Part shown: piece after piece, positions 12,286 through 26,542 of the stretch
How positions within the stretch are numbered: the stretch's first letter is position 1
Layout of the letters: every line of letters begins with the position of its first letter
Assembly (NCBI RefSeq): GCF_036321535.1
Contig: NC_087436.1
Coordinates: forward strand, 33,234,001 to 33,298,000
Length of the DNA stretch: 64,000 nucleotides
Reading direction: 5' to 3'
Origin: Camelus dromedarius
Lineage: Eukaryota
The notes under the pieces: generated by a model
Database searches by the model: none
What the model was told of the DNA's origin: nothing
The model's input: the letters and a program-made list of their open reading frames with translations, nothing else
Translations under genes and position numbers: made by a program

Positions 12286-13740
12286 TCATTTATATATTTT
12301 TGCCATTAATTATTGACATCATCTTTTTCTAATCTGATAAATTTACCTGTTAACTTAGTCATTCAGAATAAAATAACAAGGTTAATTTAGCACCTGGGTA
12401 TTTCTAATGTTGAAAGCACAGTCCTATTAAGGTAGAGAACAAGGACGCTTATAACCAGACATTCTCCTTGAGTTTGTTTAACTTGGACCAGGGACCTCCT
12501 AGCCTGAATGACATGCTTCATTCCAACTTTTAAACTGTCGACTGAATTAAGATGTGTTGATGAATATTAATTTCTTTTACTAAAAGCTCTGACACTGAGA
12601 CATTCCTGTTGTCTGCTTGTTCCATCAAATAATGAAAGGTCTTGGTGATTTCCTCTGAAGTGTGGATGTTGGCACTTGGAGCTGACAGGCATATTTCAGA
12701 CAACCTGTGCTATAAACTTCTCTGTTTTGCCATTTCTGGATGGCCTCGAAGGTGCCTTTATTCTGTTGGTGCTGCACGTGTGTGATACTGTAGACCCCTT
12801 TTGAGACTGTCTCAGGGATTATTTATAATGTACTGATGTTACCTTATTAGTAGCTGCTGTTTCTGCACAGAAGCAGGAGGTTTGTTGACACTTGTTTTAC
12901 TGCTGAAACTTTATTTTTGGTGTCTGGTAGACCACTATGGAGTTTCACTACTGAAATGTTATTGCAGCCTGAATGAAAAGTCATCCCATGTTCATTTTCC
13001 TATAGGTCCTAAGGGTTTAAATGAGCACCTGAATAAGCTTTAGAACTTGACAGATAATGCAATGTTATTGCATTCCTGTTTCAATTGGCACTTCTAATAA
13101 CTCTCACAAACAGTTCCTGGGGTTGGTAACTTTCCTTTGCAGAAGTATTTCAAAAAATAGGTCCAAACCTACGGGGTGAATGTAAATTTACGGGAGGGAG
13201 AAATATTAAAGCAATTTTTTATTAATTTTGGAACAGTGCTCTTTTGGCATTGATGAGTAATTTCCAAAGCTGGCTCTCTTCTGATCTAGTGATCTACACA
13301 CAGAAGCAACGTAATATGATGGAAACCTTCACTCGGCCTGCTTTGCAGGCAGTGCCTTGTTCTTCAGCTTCTTCCTGAAGAGCTCCAAACTAAGGCACTT
13401 TGGGCAGCCTCGGTTCATTTTCTTCTCTGCCCTTTAGACATTTCTGTGCCATCTCTTTCCTAGTTTAGGATGACCTAACCATTTTTAAATGAATGCGTGC
13501 AAACTAATTTTTAATTTAAAATACATCACAGGGGACAAATGTTAACAAAATTGTATTTCCATTCTTTGAGGCAAGTTGTGTTTTTTAATTAAGACTTTTC
13601 CCCTATAAAAATATATCCAAGACTGTTTTATAGTTTCATTTTGCTTTGGTTATAATGTGTTATAGAACAAAAAGTCAAGAGCTACACGCAAAATAAATTG
13701 AAACTTTTGCAAAACCTAGAGTAAGAAGGTGACTTTTCTT

Positions 13741-13746
13741 ATATAC

Positions 13747-13782
<36 letters not shown>

Positions 13783-13946
13783 GCACACATTGATTGTATA
13801 TGCATGTGTATGTGTATATATACCCACATATATATGGATAAATGCATATACCATTATGTATATCTCTTTGTACATATTTATGTGTATATGTCTATGCATA
13901 TGTTTGTATATGTATATGTGGGCATATACATATATATATATACATA
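13741..13946. repeat. Compound (TA)n(CA)n/(TATG)n microsatellite
   Basis: About 200 bp of largely alternating purine-pyrimidine repeats; the source of the low-complexity ORFs on both strands. Confidence 0.95.
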
Positions 13947-14009
13947 CTTGAAAATGGCTAAAATTCAGATAAGTACATAGATAAAAGATAAACAGATAAG
14001 TAGAATGTA

Positions 14010-14560
14010 GTTTGTCCCATTGATTCCACATTTGTTTTTGATTCCCCAATGCATGCCAAGTCATGACACTCAGTGCTGAGATCCAGAGTGTCCTTTTAAA
14101 ATGTGGTCTTGCTTTCAAGTTACTTATACCATAGGGGAGATTACAGACAGATAAATAAGCAATCGTGATAGTCTATGAAAACTGCTGACAGGGCAAGCAG
14201 AAGGTACTGGAAGAGGCATCTAAACCACTTGAGGCACAGAAGACTTTCTTGAGCAAGGGCTATCTACTGAGACCTGTGAGGTTGAATCGTCCTTAACAGA
14301 CAAAGTCAATGGGTGATGAGAAGGTGAGGAGGCAAAGCAGAGCAGAAGGGGCAGCATGTTTGAGGGCCAAGAAATGAGAGAGGGAATGGCTAGAGGAAGC
14401 AGAAGGCAGGCATAGAAAGTGAAATAGCTGGAGAAATAGGAAGGGTTTAGATCATGAAGATTCTCAGAACAAGTGTCAATGAGTTTTAAGTAGGAGAATA
14501 AGATGGTCACATTTGAGCATATGGCAAAGAGCTGCATGGAAATGAGATTGGAAATCCTAG
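14010..14560 (-). mobile_element. L2 LINE fragment
   Basis: ggtcttgctttcaagttacttataccataggggag...ctactgagacctgtgaggttgaa...gcagaaggggcagcatgtttgagggcc, L2 antisense 3' region. Confidence 0.7.
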
Positions 14561-17500
14561 TGCAATGCAGCCATCAAGGAACTTAAAACATGTGATTAAT
14601 ATTTAGTAGCTCTGAATCATTCTTGGGAAGTCTACAGGTTTGCAATAGTTAGACATCAGTATGCCTGATTTTGTTTTATCCTGTAAATTGTATAGTATGT
14701 GATAATGAAGATCACTTAAAATTCCTGGTTGACTTCACCAGAAATGTTTTATGACTGGTTAGAGATGGAATTAGTATCTTCTTCTTTTCTTAATTGATTC
14801 CTCTCTTATTTAATATAAGTAGCAATTAGGCAAACCCAGTTAATGGTAAGTTGTCATGAAGAAGTTAATATAGAATTATAGACATATAAAAGTCCACTTA
14901 AGGAGAACAATTCAGATTCTATATATTTTGAAGTATCAAGAAAATAGGAAAACCTGTTATGGGGGTCAAATTCCCTTACAAAATTACCAAGAAAAAAATT
15001 CTTATTATTATAAACATTGTCAAGCCCCAAGGATGGGAAAAATCTTAGAGAGAAACAGTGATTAAATACGTGACAAAATGTGAAGGAGTTCCCAAAGTTG
15101 TTGATGGCCAAAAGTACGTGTGCCCTTGGATTTTCAAGGTTTCTTGAATTTTCATTTCTTAGTCACCTCTTTGAGTTGGATCTGACTCTTGAAGATCATT
15201 TTAAAATGCTCTCATATTCTCCTGGAAGAGTTATATATGAATTCATTAAACTGGATAAGTCTGTCCGCCTGGTTGACTGTTGTCCAAGAGATGATAGTGT
15301 TGAGAGGAAACAGGAATCAGAACCCATATATTCTATATGCTAGAAGCAGGGTTAGGAAACTTGAAGACTTCCAAAAAGGCAGGCTTAGCTGGGGAACAGT
15401 AACAGCAGTCTCACTACCTGGGGATGGAAATATGGAACTGGGTTCTCAAAATTTGGAAAATGTTACAGAGGAACTGAAAAACTTGCATCTTAAAAATGCT
15501 AATTGCATACTGGTTCTAAGTGCCAATTTAATCAATGGAATTTTAATAAAGTTACAATTATATGGGCAATACCGTAGAATTAGCTGAGATGAGATAAGCT
15601 TTATAATTAAAGTTCATAGAATCCATGCTTACTTGTCTATAGAGCAATTTTACCACATTGAAGAAGAAAGAAGAACACACCAAGGCGTAGAGCCTGTCAC
15701 GCGCACCAGCCTCTGACCGTTTTGCTACCTGAGTAGTGTTGAGAAGCCAGCAGCCAGTTAGAATTTAGAGATCATATAACCCAGTGCTGTTTAAGGTCAA
15801 TGTGAATATTCTCACTATCAGTATATTCCCTGTGATTAATAAATAGTTTGCTCATAAGGATTTCTTGAATCAATGAGCCAATGTAAGAATCGCTTTCTGA
15901 GGAAGACTTGCATTCTGCAGAGGAGCTTTCGGAGAAGAAGAGGGAGAGGAAGGCTAGTTCTTGGGCTTCCTCCTCGCAAGCTGAACAGTGCAGAGTCTCT
16001 GTTTTAGTAATTAGGGCTCCATATAAGATTTCCTTAAAAAAAAATGCTGGTATTTTTTTTAAAGAAGAAAAATGAATGAGTGTATTCTTCTCACTTTACC
16101 ATTAAAAACACTGTGTACACAGAGGATTTAGCTCAGGGTTACCCACAGAGTTAGAGCCAAAGCAGGCTGCAAACCTGGATGGCTTGAGTTCTAGTCCCAT
16201 GTCATTTACACTCCACCACGCAGGCCTAACAGTACAGTCAATATACATGGGTATCAAGTTTTTAATTAACAAAATATGTTGGACTGCAGCTCGGAAGGCA
16301 TGCTTACTCAATCGTTTGTGCTTACTCAATCATATCTCTCTTTTCATTTCCTAAATTCATGGCTGATGCTAACTGATACAGTGGAAGACTTGTGATGTAT
16401 GTGGTGAAGAATGAGAAGTAAGCCTGGCCCTTTGCTTTTACGGCATACCTAATTCTTATTTGTGGATTAATCACTGACACTAATCAGGCTTCTTTTGATA
16501 GATTTACTTCTCATAAGTAGAAATGGCTCTTCTTGGGATAAAAATGCATATGGGACGCATACCCATGCTTAGTCATATTTTTGAGTCTTGTGAGCTTATC
16601 TGCTTGCCTGTCTTCCTGTGTATCTTATCAGTAGCACGGATTGACATGAAACATTTCTGAGACAAAGGATTGCTTGCTAAGCTTGTCGAGAGCTGCAACC
16701 ACAGTCATCTGGATAGGCCTGGTGGAAGTAAACATTCTTTTATTAGTTGGAAGTGTGCCCATTCTCAAATTTGTTTAAAAGGAAAAGGAAATTTTCTCCT
16801 CACTGCTTATTCTATTTCCAAACATCTTGTAAAGACCTCCTTTTTCATCTTTTATTACAGGACATTATGAGGATGGCAGAAATTAGACTTTCCTGGGCAT
16901 TTACAAATCTGGTGTTTTGAAAGGTATATTACTTTTTCCACTGGAAATTAATGTAATGAGAAATGTTTTACAGACACTCTAAACTATAAAAACACAAACA
17001 CGTTTTGTGTGTGGCATTTCTTGTTCAATGGAGCACTAGTCTCTGGCTAGGTCTCCTCCCCCACAGCTCTGACACCGTGGCCTCTGCCTTGCCAGCTCTC
17101 CAGCTTTTCTCCTGGGCTGCCCTGGCTCACTTTTCTCCTCAGTGGTCTCTGCACTCTGCTCCTTTTCTATCTGCCTTCCTTTCTCTTGCCCTTTCTCTAA
17201 CTATTCCACTTCTTTATTAGCTTGTGTTCATATAGAAATAACTCATGTTTTTCTTTTAGATTGGCCTTGATATCATTCTGTTTTTTCTGGATTCACGTGA
17301 TTCTTTTATGCTGAGAACTCTTAAGTCTATCTACCTATCATTGGCTTCTTCATCTACATCCAACTCTTTGTTGGACCTGCCAGTTTGAACGGGCCATGGG
17401 CTATTCAAGCAATGTCATATCTGACTTGTGTTCCTGACCTCAGTGACATCATCAGTAACCCTGGCCAGATCACATGAAAGTCTTACTCCCCTCCTTACCC

Positions 17501-18154
17501 CACGCATTACCGAATTCTACACAACTACCAGCCTGTCCCTTTATTTGAGGGTCACTCTCAGCCTGGGCTCGTTCCTCTAGCTGTCTCTCCCGTTCTCATC
17601 TTTGTGTGATGGAATGTTGTACAAGGTACTTGAGATAGATTTAACAATAAATAAGGCATCCTGCTTATCTTCAGGACACTTGGTAACTAGCAGGGTCTCT
17701 AGCTCATATGCACTGATAATATTAACAGAAATTGGGACATTGAATGAGATAAATGATAATTTTGACAGAACTTAGAAGTCAGAAACAAAGTTGTAGGGTG
17801 CCTTCCTCCATCCTCATCTCTTGCTGCCTTCACAGTTTCATTCTCTGTTTATAATGGTATACATATTTAACAAATTTATAGAGTTTTGTGCCAGAGTTAC
17901 TTAAAAAGGGGCATGTGATTCATTGCATGTTATTATAAAAACCTGGGTATTAATGCCAGAAGAGTATAAATAAACTGTCAGAATTCAGATGCAGAAGGAT
18001 GGTGGGCGGAACGAGCCCTGAAACACTAGATTTTGGAGATTTTCTCCAGTGAAACTTTGTGACATGGAATTTGAGAGTAGAGAGGAGCTTTGGAACCTGA
18101 TAATCAGGTGAAGGAGCTCATGGACAACCCCAAATAACTGCTAATTGCAAGCAC

Positions 18155-18345
18155 AGTAGAAACTGTATTTAGTCTTACAATTTACATTGTACTTAGCAAC
18201 ACTTACATAATACTCTGCTGTCGGCACCACTTGAAGTGGGTATTATTGTCCTAATTTCATATATGAGTAAACTGATCAAGGCACAGAGAATTGTCATTTG
18301 TACAAGGTCATACTGTCAATATTTGGTGGAGCCAGGCTTCATATG
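18155..18345 (-). mobile_element. MIR SINE
   Basis: gaagtgggtattattgtcctaatttcatatatgagtaaactga...aaggtcatac...ggtggagccagg. Confidence 0.75.
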
Positions 18346-18404
18346 AAATGGACTAACTACTATATGGGTATTCTTAAATAAAATTTAAATTGCAAAAATA
18401 AATG

Positions 18405-18695
18405 TAACTTGGTACTATGACTATGTAAAATAATATCCTTATTCTTAGGGAATACACATTGAAATGTTCAAGGATAAAGGATTATGGTATATGGAAATTA
18501 CTCTTAAATGGTTCAAAAATTATTTATGTATGCATGTATGCGCACATCCATAACATAATATACAGATAGATGTATAGATGGGTAAACAGGTAAAGAATGA
18601 AAAAGCAAATGAGATAAAATATTAACCAGAGGTGAATATAAGGAAAAGTGTATATGAGTATTCATCTGATCACTTTATCTTTTTTGTAACTTATG
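18405..18695 (+). mobile_element. L1MC/L1ME 3' UTR fragment
   Basis: atccttattcttagggaatacacattgaaatgttcaaggataaagg...aattactcttaaatggttcaaaaa...aaagcaaatgagataaaatattaac. Confidence 0.7.
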
Positions 18696-18897
18696 TCATT
18701 CCCATATGTGTGGTCTGTGATTTATTATGCAGGCCCTCTCAAGTGCAGACCTTTAAATGTGTAGGTATTTTTCACAAAGTTATAGAAATTTTTATTTACC
18801 TGTATCATTTATTATTTTTCTTTTTTCCTTGACTTATTTATAAACTAAATAGTCTGCCCAAGATAATAAAAAGTTGAATATATAAGCATTAATTAAG

Positions 18898-18980
18898 AAT
18901 GGATGATACTCAAAATATCTAAATACTTAACAGCCAGTAGGGCTCAGGCACTGACCAGTCGTAACAGACACGTACTGCGT
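18898..18980 (+). mobile_element. Possible hAT DNA transposon end (MER99/hAT-N1_Mam-like)
   Basis: gatgatactcaaaatat...ttaacagccagtagggctcaggcactgaccagtcgtaacagacacg resembles a recalled hAT terminus; unverified. Confidence 0.3.
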
Positions 18981-21900
18981 TGTATTCATCAGGCAGACCT
19001 GTGAGATCAGAAGCCAGGTGTGCAATGGTAGCTTGAGCTGAAGTGGTCTGTGCTGGTAGAAGATGAGCTATGATACTCCTACTTTGAAGGAAAGAATAAG
19101 AAATATTTTATCTCTAGAGATAAAGATAAAAGATAGGATTACAGATAAAAGAATGGATTTAGCTGGTTAGATAGCTTTACCTCTTTGTTGATAACTTTGT
19201 GGTTCTAAACCTACATTCCTTCCATGAAACTAGTTTTTCTTCCCCATCAGTTGCTGTCTCTTTTTATAGAGAGCCAAGTGTGCTCAGAACTTCTCTTGTT
19301 TTATCTTTTATATCAACCATAAGAATATATATTTTACAGATGAGAAAATGAAGTCACAGAGTGGTTGATAATTATGAAAATGCTTTTAAATTTAGGGAAG
19401 GTTTTCTTATTGTTACCACAGTAAATTCTATTCCAGATGATCTAGTTTTAATGAAAAATTTAGTCTATTTAGTCTAAAACTGTCTTAATTAGACAATGCA
19501 TTTGTGCACATATAATACATTTAATAATTCTATATACAAATGAAATGCACAATATAAAATATATACAATATACGTACAATATTTGTATATTAGATATAAA
19601 GAAATTCCTCTCCAGTATTGTCTTAAAAATTTGCATTTTTGTAAGTAGTGTGTTAGAGATATTTCCTAAAATCTTCTCCAGACACTTGGCAGGAGTTTTG
19701 TTATCTGCAATCTGATAGGTGTGGTGTAGAATTTTCTTTAATAAGCAAACATTTTCAGTGCTAGAAAGGGCCTTCAAAATTTTCAAGAGGAAAACACGTC
19801 TTAGGGCAAATAAGTGGTTTACCCAAACCACTGGAACCCATTCCTGACTCCCACCCAGTTTTGTTTGCATTCTAATAGGCTACAATCAGTGATCAGTGAT
19901 CTTATCTATCTAAATTGCCTTATGCACTGTTTCTAAATTAAACTTTTTTCAAATCGTTTAGTGCTAACTTTAATTTGAATAATTTATTTAAGAAAATATT
20001 ATTTAGAAAAGTGAAAGTTGGTATTTTTTATTTAGATCAGTGAAGTCTTTCAAGCTATTAAAATTGCTCTGTAACATGACTGTTATGCCATTGTGCAATT
20101 AAATTATTTATTCATTGAATTGAAATTTTAGTATTTATAGTATGCATTACACTCTCCAAGACTTTTCTCTAGTTTTGCATTATTAATGTAGCTAAAATTA
20201 AGTATTAATTTAGAACATTCTATAAAAAATTTATAAGATTTTATAATTTAGAAATGTGCAGTGTAACTCTAATGTTATCACTGTGGTGGATAATAACTCT
20301 GGAAGTAAAATTGAATTTGATAGATTACTTTAGTCACTGAAATGTGGTTTTACTAAAACCATTAAATGTGCATGAAAACAACCTTTAAATATGGATAATC
20401 TGAATACTTTCTTCACATGTAAAAATGTTAGTTCTATTTTTCCTACTACCCTCCAATCATTAAGTCTAGGGGGAAAAAAAAGAGCAATTAACTTTAGAAT
20501 ACATACTTGAAATTACCCTAGGGACCTAATTCTGAAGAAGATTAAGCAAGGATAATAGAAGAGAGGCCGGGTAGTTTTGCATTTCCCATGAGCTGATGCT
20601 TGATTTTCCTCAGGTCTTCATTAGATTTACCTTATGCTCCTTGGCATCTGGGCTGGTGCTTATTTCCAAGATTTTATTAAGATAGTCAATTATGTTATTG
20701 TTTGCGGACTTTTAATCTGAACCTCATTATTTTTTCAGTAATTGTTTACTCTGAATTTAGAATGCACAGCGGGAAAGCCAAATTAAAGGGATCATTATAG
20801 ATCAAGAGATGCAGAGTGCTTCAGAAGCTTTAAAAAAATGAATTTTGGACTAAAGCAATTTTTAAAATCTTAAAAAATTTTCTCTCTCTCTCTCTTTCTG
20901 TCTTTTACTTATTTTTGACCTGAGATTTATTTGTGGCTTTATCCACCCAGGAGATGATGTCTAGATGACAATAGAGTGTTATAATGTCTATATGAATTAT
21001 CATAATGGGTTACAGACTTGAGTCAGTCCATCATGATCTCACCAAGGAAATGAGGTTAATGTAGATGTATATGTTGGAATCATAGAGTCTGGAAATATAC
21101 TGGCAAGTCAGAGAGTAGATATCTTAATTTGAATTCTTACAACTTCCTATCTCTAAAATACTAATTCATCAGTATCCCATGAACTATATTAGTTTCAGAA
21201 ATTTACTGGCAAAGAATTTTATTTTTAGGCAGGTGAATTGGGAAATTATTCCATACTATATTTTAAAAATCTATTATTTTGCATTTTTGACTAAGAAGTA
21301 CTTTGAAGAGTTAAGGTTTCATTACTCTTATGTTTGTAGTTTTGAACTTGTATGCATGTCTGGTTAGCTGGATATGTCACTTTACCAACAATGATTCACT
21401 CTGGGTCTTAATGGTGCAAAAGTGAGTCCTGGCTCAGTGGAAGAAAAGAGATTATATACAATTGGTGGACAGATGGCATGATACTGTGGAGAATGTTTCT
21501 GCTTCTTTATCAACACTTATTCTACTTTGGACTGGCAAGTTTAAATTTTAAGAAATGTTACCTGTGTAGAAATTACACTTGAAAGGTATCCTCCTCAATA
21601 ATTTTGTGTAATAGAGTAAAAGTAGCATTGCCAAAGTGGTAGTCAACCCAAAATAGCTTCAGTTAGAGAAAAAAAGGCAAGGAGAATTTATGTTGTCCAA
21701 ACTAAAATGAAAGTTGATTTTACTTTTCTCTAAGTGCTAGTTAGTCTGGACTGAATTAACTGCTGTATGCATACCCAGTAGAAACTCAATTATATGATAC
21801 TATTAGCTGACCATCTTTTAATCTGTACATCTTCAGTCATTTATACTTAAAATAATTGCAAGTTGAATAGTCCCATCTGTAAACATTTTACTTTAAAATT

Positions 21901-23399
21901 GATATGATGGTATAAAATGTATTTATTCTGTGGTTAAATGTATATGTTTGGAGTTTATATATTATTTTTGATATTGACTAAATAATAATCATTTATTAAT
22001 TTTGTGACTTATCATTAGTAGTCAAAACAATGCTTTATCGTCAGTTCTACATGACTGTCTTAACCTTTGAAATTCAAGATGTTTTCAGTTTTTATACATC
22101 AACACAGACAACAGCTAGATGATGGAAAACATTTTCTTGTTCCCTAAGACTTCTTTTCGCGTGAACCGTAAATAGAAAGTCTTTGAAAATTGAGGATTAA
22201 GATTAAGATTTTAAGATTAAGCCAGCTTAAAGATAAAGATAACACATCAACATGAATTTCCAAAAATCATTGAGCAAAATAACACATGAAAAAGGAAGGG
22301 TTCTTTTCACTTTCAAAGTCTTTTGCTTGTCAGCCTGAACTGTAACATATTCTATCCCTTTTTATCACATGGAAACTAAAGCAGAGAATTGAGCAGAGAA
22401 TTTGAATCTTTCATTTCCTTTCTAAATTCTCTCTCTTCTCAACTTGTTCATCTTATTTAAAAAAAAAAAATCCATGTCTGAGAAATGGATAACTGCATAC
22501 CAGATTCTCATTTATTATGGGTTTCTAATTTATATGGTTTTACATGTGTAGTATCCAACTTTGTTAAACCATGAAAAAGGGAAAAGTCTTTTGGGAAAGG
22601 ATCTTAGTGTAACTTACACAGAAAATTTTTAAAAGGGCATAGTCCAGGTTCTGAAAGAAACATACAGTTTTCTTATCCATTTATCTCAGAAGCCTGGTAC
22701 CTTATTATTTTATCTGGTACCTTACTATAATGTCTCCCAAACTGATGTCTCAGGTGCCCTAATTACCCAACTCTGATACCTTTGGTTTTTTGTGGATTTT
22801 TGTTGTTGTTGTTGTTGTTTTTGGTAGTTAATAAGGTTTTGTGACATCCTCTGGGTTAGTGTCACACAGACTTCTCTGGCACACAATGAAAAGATGCTTC
22901 TGGCCTGTCTAGCCCAGTGCTGCTGTGTTCTAGTCAAATTTCAATCATTTAAATCTCCTCTAACTATTTCTCTTTAGTTTTTGAGCTTTCATCTTGCCAG
23001 GTTTTGGATCTTTTGTCAAATGCCCAGGGATTTTGATTGAGAATTCGATGTATGAGTGGGTTTGGCATTTGTTAAATACCAGCTCTGAGATGAAGTCTGG
23101 AACGCCCAATGCAATAGGAGACTTTGCCTTCAGGTCTGGGAAAGAGCCTTCTGCCAATATTTAGGAAGGTGGTAGAAAATGAAGAGTAAAATATCCTCAC
23201 TTTCCTTTTCCTCATCCTCATACTAAGTTTGGCAAATTAGGGGAGGCTCGAAACACCAAAATGACAGCAAAAGAAGATTAAATCACTATGAAAAGTTAGT
23301 AAACAAAAACATATAATCTAGTCTGTGATAATGTATATGAGCAAGGGGGAATGCCTCACAGATTTATTATATTATGAATTAAAAAGGTTTTAGAAAAGG

Positions 23400-24210
23400 G
23401 TTGCTTCTCTATATGTATACCAGTAAGAATGGTCTGAATTAAGAAGAAAACATGTGACTAATAAGGGAGAGCAATGCCATGAAAAATGAGTGCACAAAAT
23501 TAAGGCTTTACTAGAGTGGTGAAAAGCAGATTTGACACTACAGAAAACTGAATCAGTTAGGTGGAACTGATGTGGAGAAGTGCTCTGAGAATTCAGTTTT
23601 GTAGTAGAAGGAAACTTACAAACTTGAAAAATAAGACATGAGATGGAAGATTTAGAGGAGTCAGTATTTACAACCAAATAAAGTGAATGAAGATGATGTT
23701 AACAGAGATCCTGGAAAATTATATTTACTACAAGATATTAATTATACTAGAATTCAAGGTAAAATGTACATTATTAATAAAAGTTACAAAATGATCTCCT
23801 ACTTACAGATCGCTAAAGATAGTAGGGGAACATCTGTCAATATAATTCTTTGAAGTAGAAAAGGAAACTCAATGACTATACATCTTCCCATGAAGATACA
23901 TACTTACAAAAAATTACAAATATTTTTAGATAGCATTTAAGAAAATATACTGTTTAGGTAACATTTCTGCACTCATTGCTTAAAAATGACTGTAAATAAG
24001 TTAAAGTACAAACTAGCAAGTTATATTAGAAAAAGTTTGCAATCGCTGGTGAATAAAAAATATTATCCCTTATGAGGACAGAGAGAATGCTATTGATGAC
24101 TGTAAATAATTGTAATTAAGAAAATAAAATAATTTAAAATATGAACATTTAAAAAAGTCCTTCAAGAGGTTAAAGAAGCAAAAACCAATAAAGGAGAGAC
24201 CAAAAATGGG
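23400..24210 (+). mobile_element. Very old L1 ORF1-like/HAL1-like fragment
   Basis: A-rich strand with gaaaagcagatttgacactacagaaaactgaatcag and gatggaagatttagaggag, resembling DNA encoding the ORF1 coiled coil. Confidence 0.4.
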
Positions 24211-25368
24211 GGAAAAGTGGGGCTAAATATTTATCTTGCACTGTACACTCAAGGAGAGTGGAAGCCGGGTTATTTATTCTTCAGTTCCCATTCATCAATG
24301 AGAAAGACTGCCAGGGTTGGGAGGGAGTTAAACTCCCCTGCCCTACTGGGCTGCCCCTTGCTAAGACAAAGCCCTGGATGAAGAGTCACAGATACAAGTA
24401 CTAGACCCCAGGTCTGGGGACACAAGCAGATCATCTACATTAGGATAGCTTACATCTCTTCCCCACACTGGGGAATCTTTTTACACAAATTCATTCTGAG
24501 GAGACAAACAAATTGACATCAGTAATACAATTTCTGAGTCATAATTAAGTAAGATGGATGGCAAGTGAAATATTATTCTTAGAAGAACTGCTGAACTTTT
24601 AAAAAACATGAAAGAGATCAATACAATTAATACAGAAAGATTTTTCTTGAACATGGGTTAAAAAATTCAAAACTGAGCAGACATGTTAAAGTTGAAAGGT
24701 ACGATTAAATGAGAAATTTTTATAGTCTATTAATATGGAAAGTAATAAATAGATGTTGTTTCAAGTAAAATGTTGTAAATTATTTCAAAGTACTCCTAGG
24801 TTCAATTTTGGAATAGTGATTTATAATGGAAATTTAAGAGATTTTGCATATTTTAAGACAGGTATTTTAGAGTATTAAAATTCTCATTTTTTAATATATA
24901 TTTCTCCCGACTTGTTGAAAAAATAAAGCATCTTTATCTACATTAGAATATAAAATACACATTTAAGCAAATATCAATAGTAGATATTTCATAGTTCACT
25001 AACTATTCAGTTTATGATTAAAAGATTTTTAAATTTTATGATATTTGATAATTCTAACATTAAAAAGTTCATGAATAGTTTTAGCATTTTCTATGGAAAA
25101 GCAACTTGTGTATTTGACTGAAACTCCTCATTTTAATTAAGAAATGTTATATATTAGAAACCTACAAAATTATGCATGATTTCTACTTTTACTTAGCATT
25201 AGTAAAATTTATGTATTGTGGGTCAAGTGGAGCAACATTTTAAAGATGGAGTACAGAACTCTTGACTATCACACTTTTATCATGGTATTATTTTTAGATA
25301 TGACTGGAAATCCTATGTTCTGCACTTGTTAGAATAGTGCACCCATATATTTTCTTTTCAGAGTGTTT

Positions 25369-25430
25369 CCCTCACTCCCTTCCTCTTCCCTCCCTCCCTC
25401 CCGCCTTTCCTTCCCCCTTCTTTCCTTTTT
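25369..25430. repeat. Polypyrimidine (CCT/CCCT/CTT) tract
   Basis: ccctcactcccttcctcttccctccctccctcccgcctttccttcccccttctttccttttt. Confidence 0.8.
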
Positions 25431-26511
25431 ATGTTGGATTTTCTGAAATATTTAGCTCCATTTAAATTTCTTATTTCAAGTCCAGTGTAAGTGGCTGCAT
25501 ATGTTTTATCTAACACTGAGATTTTTGCAGCATACATAGAGCAGTGTGCAGTTTGTATAATCCCCAAATTCTGAATGATTCCTTCTTTTAACTCCATTGT
25601 GTTTTTTCTACTACTCAGGAACATGTATGGAAATTCAGTTAAATGAGTGACTTAATTAAAGAGATAACATTTTTCAAAATCCAATTTCTTTTTGCTTAGA
25701 CTGCTAGTCCACGATAGCCTTCAGCAGCCCTAAATATTGTGAACCCTGATCTATGATCTACTGACCTAGAGACAACATTCTTGTTGCCATATGGAGTGTT
25801 GTTGTTCTGAATCCAGAAGGAATAAATATCTAATGTTAATCACCCTCAAGGTTTTGTTTGTTTTTAATCCATTTTTGTTTGTATGGTTAATCTCAATGGA
25901 CGTTACTTTGAGCTTTCCCAAGTTCGCTTTTTCTTGATTAATTTTTTTACTACAATGTTAAAGCAGGGTGAATCAGGTGTCAAATAAACATTATTCAATT
26001 TTACTGTTATTGAAACAGTATTGAAATATATCCACATAACAACTGTCACATTTCTGGATTCCTGAGTATGATTAAGAATAAGTGAATTTATGACTTTTTC
26101 TGTTTTACATGCTTGCTCTGACAACTCGATTTTTTTTAGAAGAAAAATTCACCATGAAAGTTACAAGCCTTGCTTAATTTGATCTTTAGTTTCTAATTGG
26201 ACTACATTTGTCTTCCAATGACATCTGTTTTGTCATTTAATTTTTTTGCAGTTTCTATGGGGTTTAGACTCAGACTCAGGATTCTATGTTGTGCAGAAAT
26301 TAATATGTGCTTTCCTGAAGGGAGCTACTCAAAAGTTATGTGAAAGGAAGTACAGACATATATATACACACACACTTTTTTTTTTCATTTGTAGCACAGG
26401 AAATCTTGATCTGAAAAGAAAAAAAAAAATTCTGCATCCTTCCTCTGGGTAACCCTTGGTGGTCAGCATTGGGGAAAAATATGTAAAAGTGTAAACAAAG
26501 AAACATCAAGT

Positions 26512-26542
26512 CGTTCTAAACGTTCTAAACGTTCTAAACGTT
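26512..26542. repeat. Perfect 9-bp tandem repeat (CGTTCTAAA)x3.4
   Basis: cgttctaaa cgttctaaa cgttctaaa cgtt read directly. Confidence 0.95.

Noticed and set aside
13675..14118. 147-aa and 83-aa ORFs rich in Y/I/H/C
   Set aside because: They are translations of the TA/CA microsatellite, open only because of low complexity.
15080..15587. Overlapping 87-aa and 132-aa ORFs
   Set aside because: No recognisable homology, non-ATG starts, and no convincing splice-site pair.
22694..22724. Direct repeat ctggtacctta twice
   Set aside because: An ordinary 20-bp-period micro-duplication with no further structure.
26512..26542. CRISPR-like or iteron-like repeat
   Set aside because: No spacers, 9-bp units and a mammalian context; a simple tandem repeat.
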